From assembly GCF_006345805.1 (NCBI RefSeq), contig NC_043022.1, positions 930,001 to 994,000 of the forward strand: a stretch of DNA of 64,000 nt, given 5' to 3'. The notes beneath the pieces were generated by a model. That model was not told where the DNA came from and did no database searches. It saw nothing but the letters and a program-made list of their open reading frames with translations. Of the stretch, positions 11,085 to 23,809 are shown piece by piece. Position 1 is the stretch's first letter; each line of letters opens with the position of its first letter. The position numbers were made by a program, and so were the translations under genes. This DNA comes from Octopus sinensis (Eukaryota).

Positions 11085-11310
11085 AGAAGCGTCAGCACGC
11101 CGGGCGAAATGCTTGGCGGTATTTTGTCGGCTGCTACGTTCTGAGTTCAAATTCCGCCGAGGTCGACTTTTACCTTTCATCCTTTCGGGGTCGATTAAAT
11201 AAGTACCAGTTACGCACTGAGGTCGATATAATCGACTTAATCCATTTGTCTGTCCTTGTTTTTCCCCCCTGTGTGTAGCCCCTTATAGGGTAGTAAAAGA
11301 AATAAGAAAG
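11085..11310 (+). mobile_element. SINE family B (tRNA head + Deu/Nin-domain-like block)
   Basis: B-box GAGTTCAAATTCC, then GTCGACTTTGCCTTTCATCCTTTCGGGGTCGATTAAATAAGTACCAG. Copies at 707-808, 20475-20705, 44950-45260 (x2), 49435-49640, 51345-51520, 52620-52860, 56100-56225 (+) and 11990-12180, 12615-12790, 21170-21370, 22195-22415, 55505-55740, 60100-60175 (-). The domain name is from memory. Confidence 0.85.
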
Positions 11311-11609
11311 ACTGGATAGATATGCTGGAAGCCCTTTAATCATAAATCTCAATCAATCTTGCTCTGTCTTTGATCATAAGTCTGCTCAGTCAGCACTGAA
11401 ATGTCTTTTGATCATAATTCCTGCCAGTCAGCACCGGAATGCTTTTGTTGTCAAGCCTACTCACACAGGACTGACTGACCTAGGATTAAACAATAGGCAT
11501 GAATACAGTAGTGGAACAAACAAATCTAAAGACTTGACGTTTTGTGACGATGGACTACTATTAATAATGATACTATTGGTGTGAAAATAATAATAATAAT
11601 AATAATAAG

Positions 11610-11965
11610 TGGGGGAGCATCATGGCCATCTGTTGAAATGGATTCTTGGAGGTTTGGATAATTCACCTTTGGAAACATGAGTGGTTCATTCAACATCCTT
11701 AAACAATCCTTATTTAGGGACCTTTTGAGCGGGATGGGCTACTCAACCTGAAGAAAATTCTAACAGGGCCCCACCTGCAAGTTCATGTGCTGTTTATCTT
11801 GATATGAGATCACCATGTTGCGCACATATGGTTGTGATGCATGTGCCTGGTGTACTCTTATCAGACGGGTAGTCAAGATGGGTATACTGGGCTTCGTATA
11901 TTTTACCCCAGTGTCACTTTGATGGCATGCACTGCTCTCTCACTCAATAATAATAATAATAATAA
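11610..11965 (+). mobile_element. Probable retroposon (family H) between (TAA)n tracts
   Basis: About 340-bp body flanked on both sides by (TAA)n. Single copy in this window, so the family assignment is tentative. Confidence 0.4.
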
Positions 11966-12194
11966 TGGTTTCAAATTTTGGCACAAAGCCAGAAATGTCA
12001 GGGTAGTGAGATGAGTCAAATACACTGACCCCAGTATGCAACTGGTACTCGTTTTATTGACACCAAAAGGATGGAAGGCAAAGTCGATCTCAGCGGAATT
12101 TGAACTCAGAACGTAAAAACCAATGAAATGCTGCTAACCACTTTGATCAGCATACTAACAATTCTGCCAGCTTGCCACTATAGTAATAATAATA

Positions 12195-12615
12195 AATATT
12201 TTGACAAACACATAACAAAAACACCAGGGCTAACAAATATATAGAAAATAGCACTACTAGGCCCTGCACACATCCTATGTAAAACACTTTCACTACAGCG
12301 AAAATAAGAGCATCACAGCACATACCCAAGGCACTCTCGACTTTGTTTATCAGTGGAAGCATGTTATAAAAGTAAGACTTCTGAATAATAATAATAATAA
12401 TAATTATAATAAATATTCAGACAAATACCTAACAAAAACTCCAAGTATATATAACATAAAGAAAATAGTACTACTAGGCACTGTGCACATCCTAAGTAAA
12501 ACACTTTCAATACAGTAAAAATAAGAGCACCACAACAAACCACAGCACATACCCAAGGTACACAGAGCTGAGCTTGGTAATGCATTGAAAAATCATGTGA
12601 TAAAGATAATAATAG
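12195..12615 (+). mobile_element. Two tandem 3' fragments of an R4/Dong-like (RLE) non-LTR retrotransposon
   Basis: Translate to I*KIALLGPAHILCKTL and NIKKIVLLGTVHILSKTLSIQ*, the typical R4/Dong ORF end. Each follows a (TAA)n tract. Confidence 0.75.
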
Positions 12616-12892
12616 TAGTTTCAAATTTTTGCCCAAAGCCAGCAATTTTATGGGGTGGGGGTCTAAGTCAGCACTGTCAACCCCAGTGTTTAACTCGTAC
12701 TTATTTTATTGACCCCTAAATGGTGAAAGCAGAATTTGAACTCACAACAGTTGGAAGAAAAACTGCCAAGCAATTTTGTCCAATGCAGCGACAACATCAA
12801 CAACAACCTTTCTGTCCTGTTAGTTCTTTGGTTTATTTTCGTCCATGCTGGAGCTGTTTCTTTATTTGTTTATTGTTCCATTTCTTTTCCAG

Positions 12893-12977
12893 TGCCGTCC
12901 ATGACTTCTTGATGTCTGAGGATATCCTGGCTTCGACCGGTTTACACATAGGAATGAAGGATCTCATTTTGACAGCC
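12893..12977 (+). CDS. MRPL44: MRPL44 coding exon E (85 nt)
   Basis: cttttccag|T...GCC|gtgagt; AVHDFLMSEDILASTGLHIGMKDLILTA, compared with human [26 protein letters not shown]. Confidence 0.93.
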
Positions 12978-14015
12978 GTGAGTTACCTCCCTTCTCTTCT
13001 GCTCGCTTCTTTCTTTTGAGGCAGTTGATTTCCTCACCTGCAACGCTTTCTTTTCTTTTGTTTTCTTTTTAATTCTGACAAGGTGAGAATGTATTTTCCG
13101 TTGGACTCAACAGGATTTATTGGTACAGACGTGGCTGTGTGGTTAAGAAGCTTGCTTCCCAGCCACACGTGCTGGAGTTCGCTTCCACTGCACAGCACCT
13201 CAGGCAAATGTCTTCTATTTTAGCCCTGAGACAACCAAAAACCTTGTGAATGGATTTGACAGACACAGTCAGAAAGAAACCTTTTGTGTATGTGTTTGGT
13301 TGCAAAGACGTGTGACTTAGTGGTTAGGGTGTTCGACTGATGATGTGAATTCAATTCTTGGTGGATTGTTGTGACCTTGAGCAAGACACTTTACTTCTCG
13401 TCGCTCCAGTCCACTCAGCTGGTGAAGATCAGTTGTACTTATAATTCAAAGACCCAGCCTTGTCGCATTCTGTGTCACAGTGAATCTTTCTGTAATCTGC
13501 ATTAAGAGCACTTGCACATTAATTCCCTGAGCAGGCTGTTCTGTTGATCAGATCAGCTGGAGCCCTCGTCATCCTAACCGATAAAGTTCCAGTGTGTTAA
13601 TGCCTCTTTGTCTTGACATCAGGGAGCATATAACAGACTGAATCCCTTGGATGTCAGCAGTATAAAGCTACCATGTTTTGTGAGCTCAGATGTAAAACTG
13701 CCCAGAGCAGACAGATCTACTGGGGAACTGATATTTTTGTGGGGAAAGCGACCACAAAGTGCTCAACATGGAATTTACTGAAGGGCATCCAGCTGTAAAA
13801 ACCATCCCAAATCTGACCTCGCCTGTGCGAGTGCTGCGTAAAAAGCACTCAGCCCACTCTACGGAGTTGTTGCCGTTAGGATGGACATCCAGTTGTAAAA
13901 ACCATACCAAAACACACTCAGAAGCATGGCGCAGGCCCCTGCCTGGCCAGCTCCTGTCAGACCATCCAACCCATGCCAGCATGGAAGGAGGACGTTAAAC
14001 AATGATGATGATGAT

Positions 14016-14064
<49 letters not shown>

Positions 14065-14385
14065 GATGGACTCTCCCATCAAAGATGACATATGAGTGTT
14101 CAGTTTTTGCCTAACGACTCAAATGATTGGTTTATAGTAATTAATTGTTCGTGTCACACATTAGCTCAGTCCTTCCGTCGAATCAACGTTGTCTGAACAG
14201 ATGCACAGTGTACCTTGCATCAGGTGTCAAAGTGATCGCCAAGCAATGTGAGATGAAGTGTTTTGCTCAAAAACACAATGCACCGCCCAGTCTAGGAACT
14301 GAAATCATGAACTAACAACTTTGCATCCACTACCCTAACCACTAAGCCATGCATCCTTATATATATATATATATATATATGTATA

Positions 14386-14770
14386 CTAGCAGTATTGCTC
14401 GGGTTTGTAAGGGAAATAATTATATAAGCATTTTTAGAGATGTAAAGTATAATAGCCATCTCAATATGGCTAACCACAAAGGGGGAGGGGTGTTACTGTA
14501 GCTTTTTACGTTCTGAGATTTAATAATAAATTTTAGAGAGTTACTTCCCTTATATATGTCAAAAATGGATTAAAAATGGGAAAAATTGATGGTAAATTTT
14601 TTTTTAAATCGTAGACTCATCGTAGACGCGCGCTAATACCCAGACGGTCTCGATATGAATCACGACTATAAGATACCCGGTTTTGGTTAAACTGCACCAC
14701 AAAATGTGGGAGTAGTTAGGAATCTAAATCGTAGGAGACAGACACACAACCTCACTTTTATATATAAAGA
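14386..14770 (-). mobile_element. Non-autonomous Helitron
   Basis: On (-): A|TCTTTATATATAAAA...CCCGAGCAATACTG-CTAG|T, i.e. 5'-TC, 3'-CTAG, A/T target and a degenerate subterminal hairpin. Confidence 0.7.
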
Positions 14771-15459
14771 TTTCCTCTATTTACATAATATTGAGGTCTC
14801 TTTCTTTCTTTTGTTATCTTACTGTTTTTACCAATATACATATATATATATATATATATAAATATATATATAGTTACAGAGATGTACTTGCATAGCAAGT
14901 GACTTGATCTGAGATCGTGTGCTGGAACGAAAACAGTTGCAGCGACCTGTTAGCACGATATTTTTGTCAGTGAACAGGTCGCGGTCTCAAAGCGAGGAAA
15001 ATATTTTGGCAAATTAAATTTAAATGTTGAAGTGAATCTAACGGTTTTTGTGTGTTTCTTAAATGGCTTACAAACACCTTCCACGCTGCAATATATATAT
15101 ACACACATATATATATATGTATGTATGTATGTGTGTATATGTGTATGCATGTATGTGTGTGTGTGTGTGTGTGCGTGTCTGTGCTTGTGATTGTCCTCCA
15201 CCACTGCTTGACAACGAATGTTGGTTTGTTTACATCCCTGTCACCTAGTGGTTTGACAAAGGAAACAGATAGAATAAGTACAATGCTTACAAAAATAAAA
15301 CTGGAGTTGATTCATTAAACTACAATTCTTCAAGGCATTGCCCCAGCATGGCCACAGACCAATGGCTGGAAAAAGCAGAAGAATAAAAGAATACATTCTC
15401 TGCTTTGGTCTTATGTTCAAGGCATGAGAAAGCTTGAGTTTACATGAGAAGGCCTAACT

Positions 15460-15745
15460 GACCTGGTAGAAACAGCAGCCAAATCTCTCTCAAATCATAC
15501 CTTACTGTCTTATGTATGTATATATATATGAGCCAATGAGGGGGACCTCTACATGGTAGCTAGACCTGGTAGAAATAGCAGCCAAATTTCCCCCAAATCA
15601 CACCTTACTGTCTTATCTATGTATATATGTATGTATGAGCCTATGAGGGAGACCCCTACATGGCAGCTAGACATGGTAGAAATAGCAGCCAAATCTCCCT
15701 CAAATCACACCTTACTGTCTTATGTATGTATATATATATATATAC
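15460..15745 (+). repeat. Three tandem units of about 105 bp (GACCTGGTAGAAATAGCAGCCAAAT...)
   Basis: Units start at about 15460, 15563 and 15670. The core also occurs dispersed near 33500, 35615, 54990, 55225 and 57010. Confidence 0.8.
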
Positions 15746-16559
15746 AAGCCACTACGGTTATTTAATGTAAAGTCTTCCTCAAATCACTCTCGCTATTTAC
15801 TCTCTTCCAAGAACATTTTCACTCACTCTTATCTCTTAGCTTGCCATACATTTTACTCATGTATCTATCAGCGTGATAGACAGAAACAAATATTACATCG
15901 CCATCGCCATCGCATTCTATTGTCTACCTGTCAACACACACACACAGAATTACTTTCATTTTATTCGTTGCACACTGTGTGTGTGCGTGTGGTGTAAACC
16001 ACATTAAGAAAAGCATTTGACATACACACCAGAATGTGAGTTTTCTGTAAATTTTGCTTAATTGGAGTTTAAATTTCAAAAACTGGACCTGGCATGACCC
16101 GATGCATTCTACTCTTAAAAATGCTAGGTAAATTGTAATTGAAGAAATCCTATATTGTAGATTTCTATAACTGACAAAGGGAGGCAGATAAAATCTGCCT
16201 TTTATAATAAGATATATATATATATATATGTAGTTCAGATTTACAGAAAACAAAAGATGAAGACAGATGAGGGAACAGCAAGCAGGTGTATTAGTTTGAC
16301 ACTTGAGGAAAAACAGAAAAGTCTTTGATGTTTCGAGCCTATGCTCTTAAACAGAAAGGATTGAGAGGGTACAAAATGGGGTGAGAATGAAAAAGAAAAA
16401 ACAGAAAGAAAAAAATGTGTAGGGATTAATGGTTTAACATAATGAAATGACCAAAGGAAAGAGGCTGAGTGAAAGGGGGATAATAATGGTGATCCAGCTG
16501 AACTAAGGTGCACAAGCATGTGAGTGTGCATGTGAATGTATGTGTGGGCAAGCTTAAAA

Positions 16560-16985
16560 TTATGTGCGCCTTTGTGTGTGTGTGTGTGTGGAAGTATGTG
16601 TGTCTATGTGTATAAGTAACCCCGTGTATGCTTTTTGTGGAGTGATATGCGCTTCGTGTAGTTGTGTGCGTGTGCTTTTGGACGTGTGTATGTGTGTCAG
16701 GCTGTATATAGTATGTGTGAGAGGCTTTTGTGTGTGTCTGTATGTGAAAATGCTTGGGCCTGTGTGTGTGTGTGAGTAGTATGGGAGCTTATGTGTGTAT
16801 GTGTAAGTAACCAAGTGCATGCATTGGGTGGAGTGATGTGTTTCATGTATTTGTGCATATAGACGTGTGTGTGTGTGAGGCTATTATGTGTGTAGCAGTT
16901 GATGTGTGCCTGTCTGAGTGGTGTGTGCATGTGTGTCAGTGCATGTTTGTGTGTGGGGATGTGCATAATGGTGTGTGGTATGAGT
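16560..16985. repeat. Degenerate TG-rich low-complexity tract
   Basis: Decayed (TG)n/(TA)n. Confidence 0.8.
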
Positions 16986-17224
16986 ACTGAGTTACGGTTG
17001 TGTGGATACAGAACTCAACTTTGTTATGACGTACACTGCAGGTTCGGGTTCTTTGTCTTGTACACATCTCTCTCTCTCTCTCTCCACAAACACACACACA
17101 CACACCCTACACATCACCTCATCATTTTCTCATCTGTCTACTGGTTTATTATACAGCTACTCCCCACCTTTTCTCTATGTACAAACACCACCCCCTCCTA
17201 CCTAAGCTATTTCTTTTACCTCTC

Positions 17225-17762
17225 ATCATTCATCATTGTTCGACCGTGGTCGAGACAATGGAATTTACCATGCTACGCCAGACTTCACGGTCCATCATAG
17301 CATTACGGAGGTCCTGTTGCTGGATGCCTGTATCCCTGGAGATTACATCAGGGTAGGAGAGTGTGCGCCCTCTGGTGTTGCGAGTAGATGGCTTCCAGAG
17401 GAGAAGAGTAGAAATTACTTCTTTTTCAGCTCTACAACAATGTCCAGCAAACTGGACTCTCCTACCTTTCACAAGAGATGACACAGGTGGTAGTTTCCCA
17501 TATATTTGCATTTTGGTTGGATGGCGCTTCCACGAGAGATTTGAGCTCTCATAAGGAGGCGAGTGTAGGTTCCATCCAACCGCCTCTCAAGCTTTTTGAT
17601 AATGTCCAGGTTTCTGAGCCATATAGTAGAATGGTTCGACTGTGGCTTTGAAGATTTCAAGTTTGAAGTCTCTACTTAGATTTGATGACCAGATCTTATG
17701 CATGTCATTACAGGATGACCAGGCCATACCCTTTCTAGTTAGAAAGTCTTTTCCAGTCTTTC
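17225..17762 (-). mobile_element. RTE-clade LINE 3' fragment (frameshifted)
   Basis: KDFLTRKGMAWSSCNDMHKIWSSNLSRDFKLEIFKATVEP...KLERRLDGTYTRLL...RRVQFAGHCCRAEKEVISTLLLWKP...AMMDREVWRSMV*, followed by a TGATGAATGATGA tail. Confidence 0.85.
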
Positions 17763-18414
17763 CCCCACAAAAAAAAATATTTAAAATATACCTTTTACCA
17801 TTGGCCACAGCCCCATCCTTGTTCATTACTCTCTCCATCCACCAATACCCCCATCTCTAACCATCTGTTACTTTCCTCTCATACCCTTATGAACTTATCC
17901 ACCAAGCCTTCCTAATTCTCTTTCCATATTCTCTCTTATTCTCACCTTGACATTACCCTCTGACACCTCATCACCAACATTTCTTCCTGCTTTCCAGCTA
18001 CTACCACCCACTTTTATATAATGTCGGTCAGCCATATATCTTTTCCGTCTTTCAGAATACGAGTACACACTCAAAATATCTACGATTTTTCCTTTTTTGT
18101 TTTCCTCACTTCATGAGTATCAAATTAATACTAATTCACTATTTATTTTTTTACCTGTCTTTGTGGTGTATTTTTTCTCACATTTGCACTATATCTCATC
18201 TACAGCAACACACCTGTGTCTATCCTTCTCAACAACTGGAGTGAAACCACTTCCTCTTTCTCAATTACACTCCTCCAATTCAGTCAAGGTGGCTTTTTCC
18301 TTTTCTTTATTTTTATTTTTCTTGATCTTACAAGTGCCTGCTTCGCTCTGCTTCACAGTCTTGCTTGATGGGGCAGGAGACATCTTTTCATAGAACCAAA
18401 TAGTGCTCTCCATC

Positions 18415-18610
18415 ACTGACGATCCCAAGACGACGATGTCAAGCCTCTGGAGATCTTCCCCAATTACATCCAATCATCTGGTGCAGGGCCTGCCTCGAGG
18501 CCTCTCCCTGCCTGCAGCTGCTGCATCAAATGAGAGTAAAGCCCTGGTAGGATGATCGAGCAGGAAAGGGAGGACATGTCCGCACCAGCGCATGCAACAG
18601 ATGACCACAA
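18415..18610 (-). mobile_element. RTE-clade LINE C-terminal fragment
   Basis: MRWCGHVLPFLLDHPTRALLSFD...RPRGRPCTR*LDVIGEDLQRL, matching the RWxGH...RGRP...W motif. Confidence 0.7.
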
Positions 18611-21600
18611 GGTGGTAAGGCTGGGGCAGGCATGCACGCAATTCTTTGTTGTGTCATACACAAAAAACAAAGCACCCAGTACACACTGCTAAGTGGGTTG
18701 GCGTTAATGAGGAAGGGCAGCAAAAAGAATGGTTGTGGTGGTGGTGGTGGCAGCAATTGTTGCTGTCATTTGTGACATGAGCTTGTATGTAAATGTAAAA
18801 CTGAATGAGGAGAGGAAATACAATGCTTGGAGTATTTGATATGCTTGGGCGATTATGAAAGTGAGAAGGCAACAGTAAAGCTATCTCTTGTTGAGTATAT
18901 CGTTGTCTTCTATAAATAAAATATGCACTTTGTTGCTGGCTATCTTCTTACATGTGTGTTTATATTTATCAGATACCGAAACTAGACACCGTATTTTGCA
19001 GCAGATAGGACGCACCCTAAAATTAATGTGAAATACGCGGAGGGGAAATGTAATTTATACATAGGAGGAATTTCCGGCTTTTTTCTGTAGGGCAGATGGA
19101 CATGTGGAGTATCACAAAGGAGGTTAGCCCAAGTAAGGCTTAGGCAAACAGCCAAAATAAGTGTTAGGAGAAAGAAATAAGGGTTAGTGACATGCTAAGG
19201 GGCATGGTGGAGGTCACAGGGGTGGTGTGGTCTGAATAGCTTATATCATTGTTTGTTGACAAAACAGAACAATTGTACAGTGACTGGTTACTGTGTCATC
19301 CACACCTGTACATCCTGGTAAAATACTGGGTATTATACCGGATTTCCTATGGTTTCACTGTTTTTTTATTGCATCAGCCTTCAGCGCTTGGCCTGAGGCT
19401 GACCTTGTTGCAGGGCAGGTCACTTACTCACTAAACCTTACTTTTTATTACTGTCGAGTTCCTTTATGTTGTCTCATCCCTCTCTGTTAGGAGGCACAAG
19501 CACTTTCACACACAGGAACACGTGCGGTGGTCACCTCCACCTACCAAATTCAATTACAAAGCTTTGGTTGGCAGAAGACACTTGCCCAAGGTGCTATGCA
19601 GTGGGATTGAACCTGAAACCACCATGTAGCTGGGAAGCAAGCTTCCTAACCACACAGCCATGTGTATTTTAAATTATTTGGCACACATTTTTTGGCCATA
19701 CCCACAATGAACCATCTTACAAACAATAACTCTGAGCACCTTTTCAAACTCCACCCGTCTAACACCCGTGGACATATTTACAAAGTCAGAAAACAGCACA
19801 GCTCCCAGGACTTTAGTTGTGTGTGTGTATTAAAGAAAACAAAAATAAAACAAAAATGATAGGGTGTTGGCGACTGGAATTTCTGTCAAAGAGACATGGT
19901 TAAACAAAGTTGTCCATCATTTCCCTTTCTCTCTTTTATTATTACTCCCACTGCCACCATCATCAACTCTCCCTAAATTTCTTTGTCCTTTTTTCTCTCC
20001 CTCTCTTTTCCTTTCTCTCTTTCTGTCTGTCTTCGCCACCACCCTCACTGTCTCTATGCCTGCTATTATTCTCACCCCAGCATGTGGAATAGTAGAATCG
20101 TCGACGAGAGGGGGTGGAGGTCAACGTGTGACACACTGACACACAGAAATTAGTTTTCACATTCATTATATTAGATATATGTGTGCGTATATGTATATAT
20201 GTGTGTGTATGTGTATATATATGCATGTATATACATGTATTTGTCTCGCCATTGCTTGACAATTGGTGCAGGTTTGTTTATGTCTCTGTAACTTACTGGT
20301 TCAGCAAAAAGAGACCAATAAAATAAGTAGCAAGCTTCAAAAAATAAGATTTTAAAAAATTAAGTCTTGGGGTTGATTTGTTTAGGTAAACCCTTCAAAG
20401 CAGTGCCCCAGCATGGCCACAGTCCAATGACTGAAGCAAATAAAAGTATAAAAAGCAAATGATATTAATCAACTGTAAACTGGCAGAATCGTTAGCACGC
20501 CGGGCGAAATGCGTAGCTGTATTTCGTCTGCCGTTATGTTCTGAGTTCAAATTCCGCCGAGGTCGACTTTGCCTTTCATCCTTTCGGGGTCGATTAAATG
20601 AGTACCAGTTACGCACTGGGATCAATATAATCAACTTGATCCGTTTGTCTGTCCTTGTTTGTCCTCTCTGTGTTTAGCCCCTTGTGGGTAGTAAAGAAAT
20701 AGATATTAATCAACTGTTTAAGTTGTTAAGAGGAGTGGATTTTAGTTTCTTAATTGTAATTTGAGAGAGGCAAAGAGACCGGGGACAGCCGAGCGGGTTG
20801 ATTGATGGGACACGTGACTCTGCTGTAATTGCATTCCTGAAGTAACGTGTCCTCTTAGTAATACAAACATTAGCATAATTAATGTAGTGAACACCGTAAC
20901 TTTAATTATGGTTATATTCGTTATGAGGAGAGATAAGCTTTGTCATACAATGACTAATTAAACTAAGTACAAGGAGGGGGGGGGGAGACAAGGATGAAAT
21001 GCAAACCTTTTTTTGAAATGGATAAACACCAAATGCCCTGTTAATTTATCATCATCATCATTTAATGTCCATTTTCCAAGATGGCATGGTTTGGACGGTT
21101 TGACAGGAATTGGCATGGTTTGGATGGTTTGACAGGAGCGTCTTGCTCGCAATAATAATAATATATTAGGTACAGGGCATGAAATTTGGGAGAGGGGGAT
21201 ACTCAATTACATCGACACCAGTACGCAACTGGTACTAATTTATCAACCCCGAAAGGATGAAAGATAAAATCAACCTCAGCAGAATTTGAACTCAGAACGT
21301 AATGGCAGACAAAATACTGCTAGGCATTTGGCCTGGCATGCTAACATTTCTGCCAGCTCGCTGCCTTAAAGGTAGTAATTATTTCTTAATACACACAGAA
21401 ATACATATATATGACAGGCTTCTTTCAGTTTCCGTCTACCAAATCCACTCACAAGGCATTGGTCAGCCCCAGGCTATAGTAGAAGACACTTGCCCAAGGT
21501 GCCATGCAGTGGGACTGAACCTGGAACCACGTGGTTAGGAAACAATTACCTTACCACACAGCCATACCTGCACCTATATCATCATCATCATCACCGTTTA

Positions 21601-23336
21601 ACGTCCGTTTTCCATGCTGGCATGGGTTGGACGGTTTGACAGGAAACTGGCAAACCAGGAGGCTGCACCAGTCTCCAATCTGATCTGGCATTGTTTCTAC
21701 AGCTGGATGCCCTTCCTAACCCCAACCACTCCAAGAGTGTAGTAGATGCTTTTTACGTGCCACCGGCACAGGAGCCAGTTGGGTTGGCACTGGCAGCAAC
21801 CCACGCATGAATGGTGCTTATTGTGTGGCACTGGCATCGACCACAACTACAATTTCCATTTGATTGAGATTCTGATTTTAATGGACATTTAATGTTACTC
21901 GACTCAGTAGGTTTCCTCAAGCACAGGTACTTTTGAAGTTGGCTGGTTATGCGACACTGGTATAGGCCAGGTCTTCTCAATCACAGCATATCTCCAGAGG
22001 TCTCAGCCTCTTATGATTGCCTCTGTGAGGCCCAACATCTGAAGGTCATGTGCTTCACCACCTCATCCCATGTCTTCCTTCATATATACATACATATATA
22101 TTTATTCGAGCGAGGTCATTGCCAGTGCCACTGGACTGTCTCCTGTGCAGTTGGCACATAAAAAACACCATTTGTGCGTGGCCGTTGCTAGTACCTATTT
22201 CTTTACTACCCACAAGGGGACAAACAAGGACAGACAAACGGATTAAGTCGATTATATCGACCCCAGTGCGTAACTAGTACTTATTTAATCGACCCCGAAA
22301 GGATGAAAGGCAAAGTCGACCTCGGCAGAATTTGAACTCAGAACGTAGCAGCAGACGAAATACCGCTAAGCATTACGCCCGGCGTGCTAACGTTTCTGCC
22401 AGTTCGCCACCTTAGCCTACCGCCTGACTGGCCCTCATGCAAGTGACATGTGAAAGCACCCACTACACTCTTGGATTGGTTGGCGTTAGAAAGGGCATCC
22501 AGCTGTAGAAACTCTGCCAGATCAAGATTGGAGCCTGGTGCTGCCATCTGGTTCGCCAGTCCTTAGTCAAATCGTCCAACCCATGATAGCATGGAAAGTG
22601 GATGTTAAACGATGATGATGATGATATATATATATATATCATCATCATCATCGTTTAGCATCCGCTTTCCATGCTAGCATGGGTTGGACGGTTCAACTGG
22701 GGTCTGGGAAGCCAGAAGGCTGCACCAGGCCCAGGTTGATCTGGCAATGTTTCTACGGCTGGATGCCCTTCCTAACGCCAACCACTCCGTGAGTGTAGTG
22801 GGTTCTTTTTACACGCCACCGGCACAGGTGCCAGACGAGGCTGGCAAACGGCCACGATCAGATGGTGCTTTTTACATGACACCGGCACAGAGGCCCGTCG
22901 GGGCAGTGCTGGCAACGGCCACGTTCGGAGGGTTCGCTTACGTGCCACCAGCACTGGTATCACAGCTACAATTTCAATTGATGTTGATCGATTTCGGTTT
23001 TGATATTCTTTTGTTGATTATAAGGTACAGATGTGAAATGTTACGGCAGGTAAAGGTGATGCCGATGATGGTGAACAATACAACATATTGCTCTTGTTGA
23101 CAGTGGTGAGGGGGGTATTAAAACCGTGTCATGGCTGACTAAAAAGTTACCTCATTTTCGTGCTGCTTCACTAACCTATTTTACACAGTACAACTTTTCC
23201 TCGGTCACTGCACATATTCACCAAACTGTAAGTAGTATATAGTAATTATTATAGAAACACAGGTCGTTGAAATTCTGTCAACATAACGATGAGGTTACAG
23301 ACCCTCTACTCTCTTCAGCCTTCCGTCTTCCTCCAT

Positions 23337-23380
<44 letters not shown>

Positions 23381-23384
23381 GATG

Positions 23385-23416
<32 letters not shown>

Positions 23417-23809
23417 ATATATATATATGTAGATGTATGTATATATATATATATAGTGTATATGTATGATGTGTATGCATGTGTATACATATATATATAT
23501 ACAGGAATGGCTGTGGTAAGTAGCTTGCTTACCAACCACATGGTTGCAGGTTCAGTCCTGCTGTGCAGCACCTTGGGCAAGTTCTTCTACCATAGTCTCG
23601 GGCCTTGTGAGTGGATTTGGTAGACAGAAACTGAAAGAAACCTGTTGTATATTTATATATATGTGTGTGTGTTTGTGTGTCACTGTTTGTCTTCCCCCAC
23701 CCCAACCATCGCTTGACAACCGATGTTGGTATGTTTACATCCCTATAACTTAACAGTTCAGCAAAAGAGATTGATAGAATAAGTACTAGGCTTACAAAAA
23801 ATAAATCAC

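Noticed and set aside
15460-15745. CRISPR-like array (also considered for 43320-43790 and 59400-59645)
   Set aside because: Eukaryotic context, whole units repeat with no unique spacers, and there are no cas genes.
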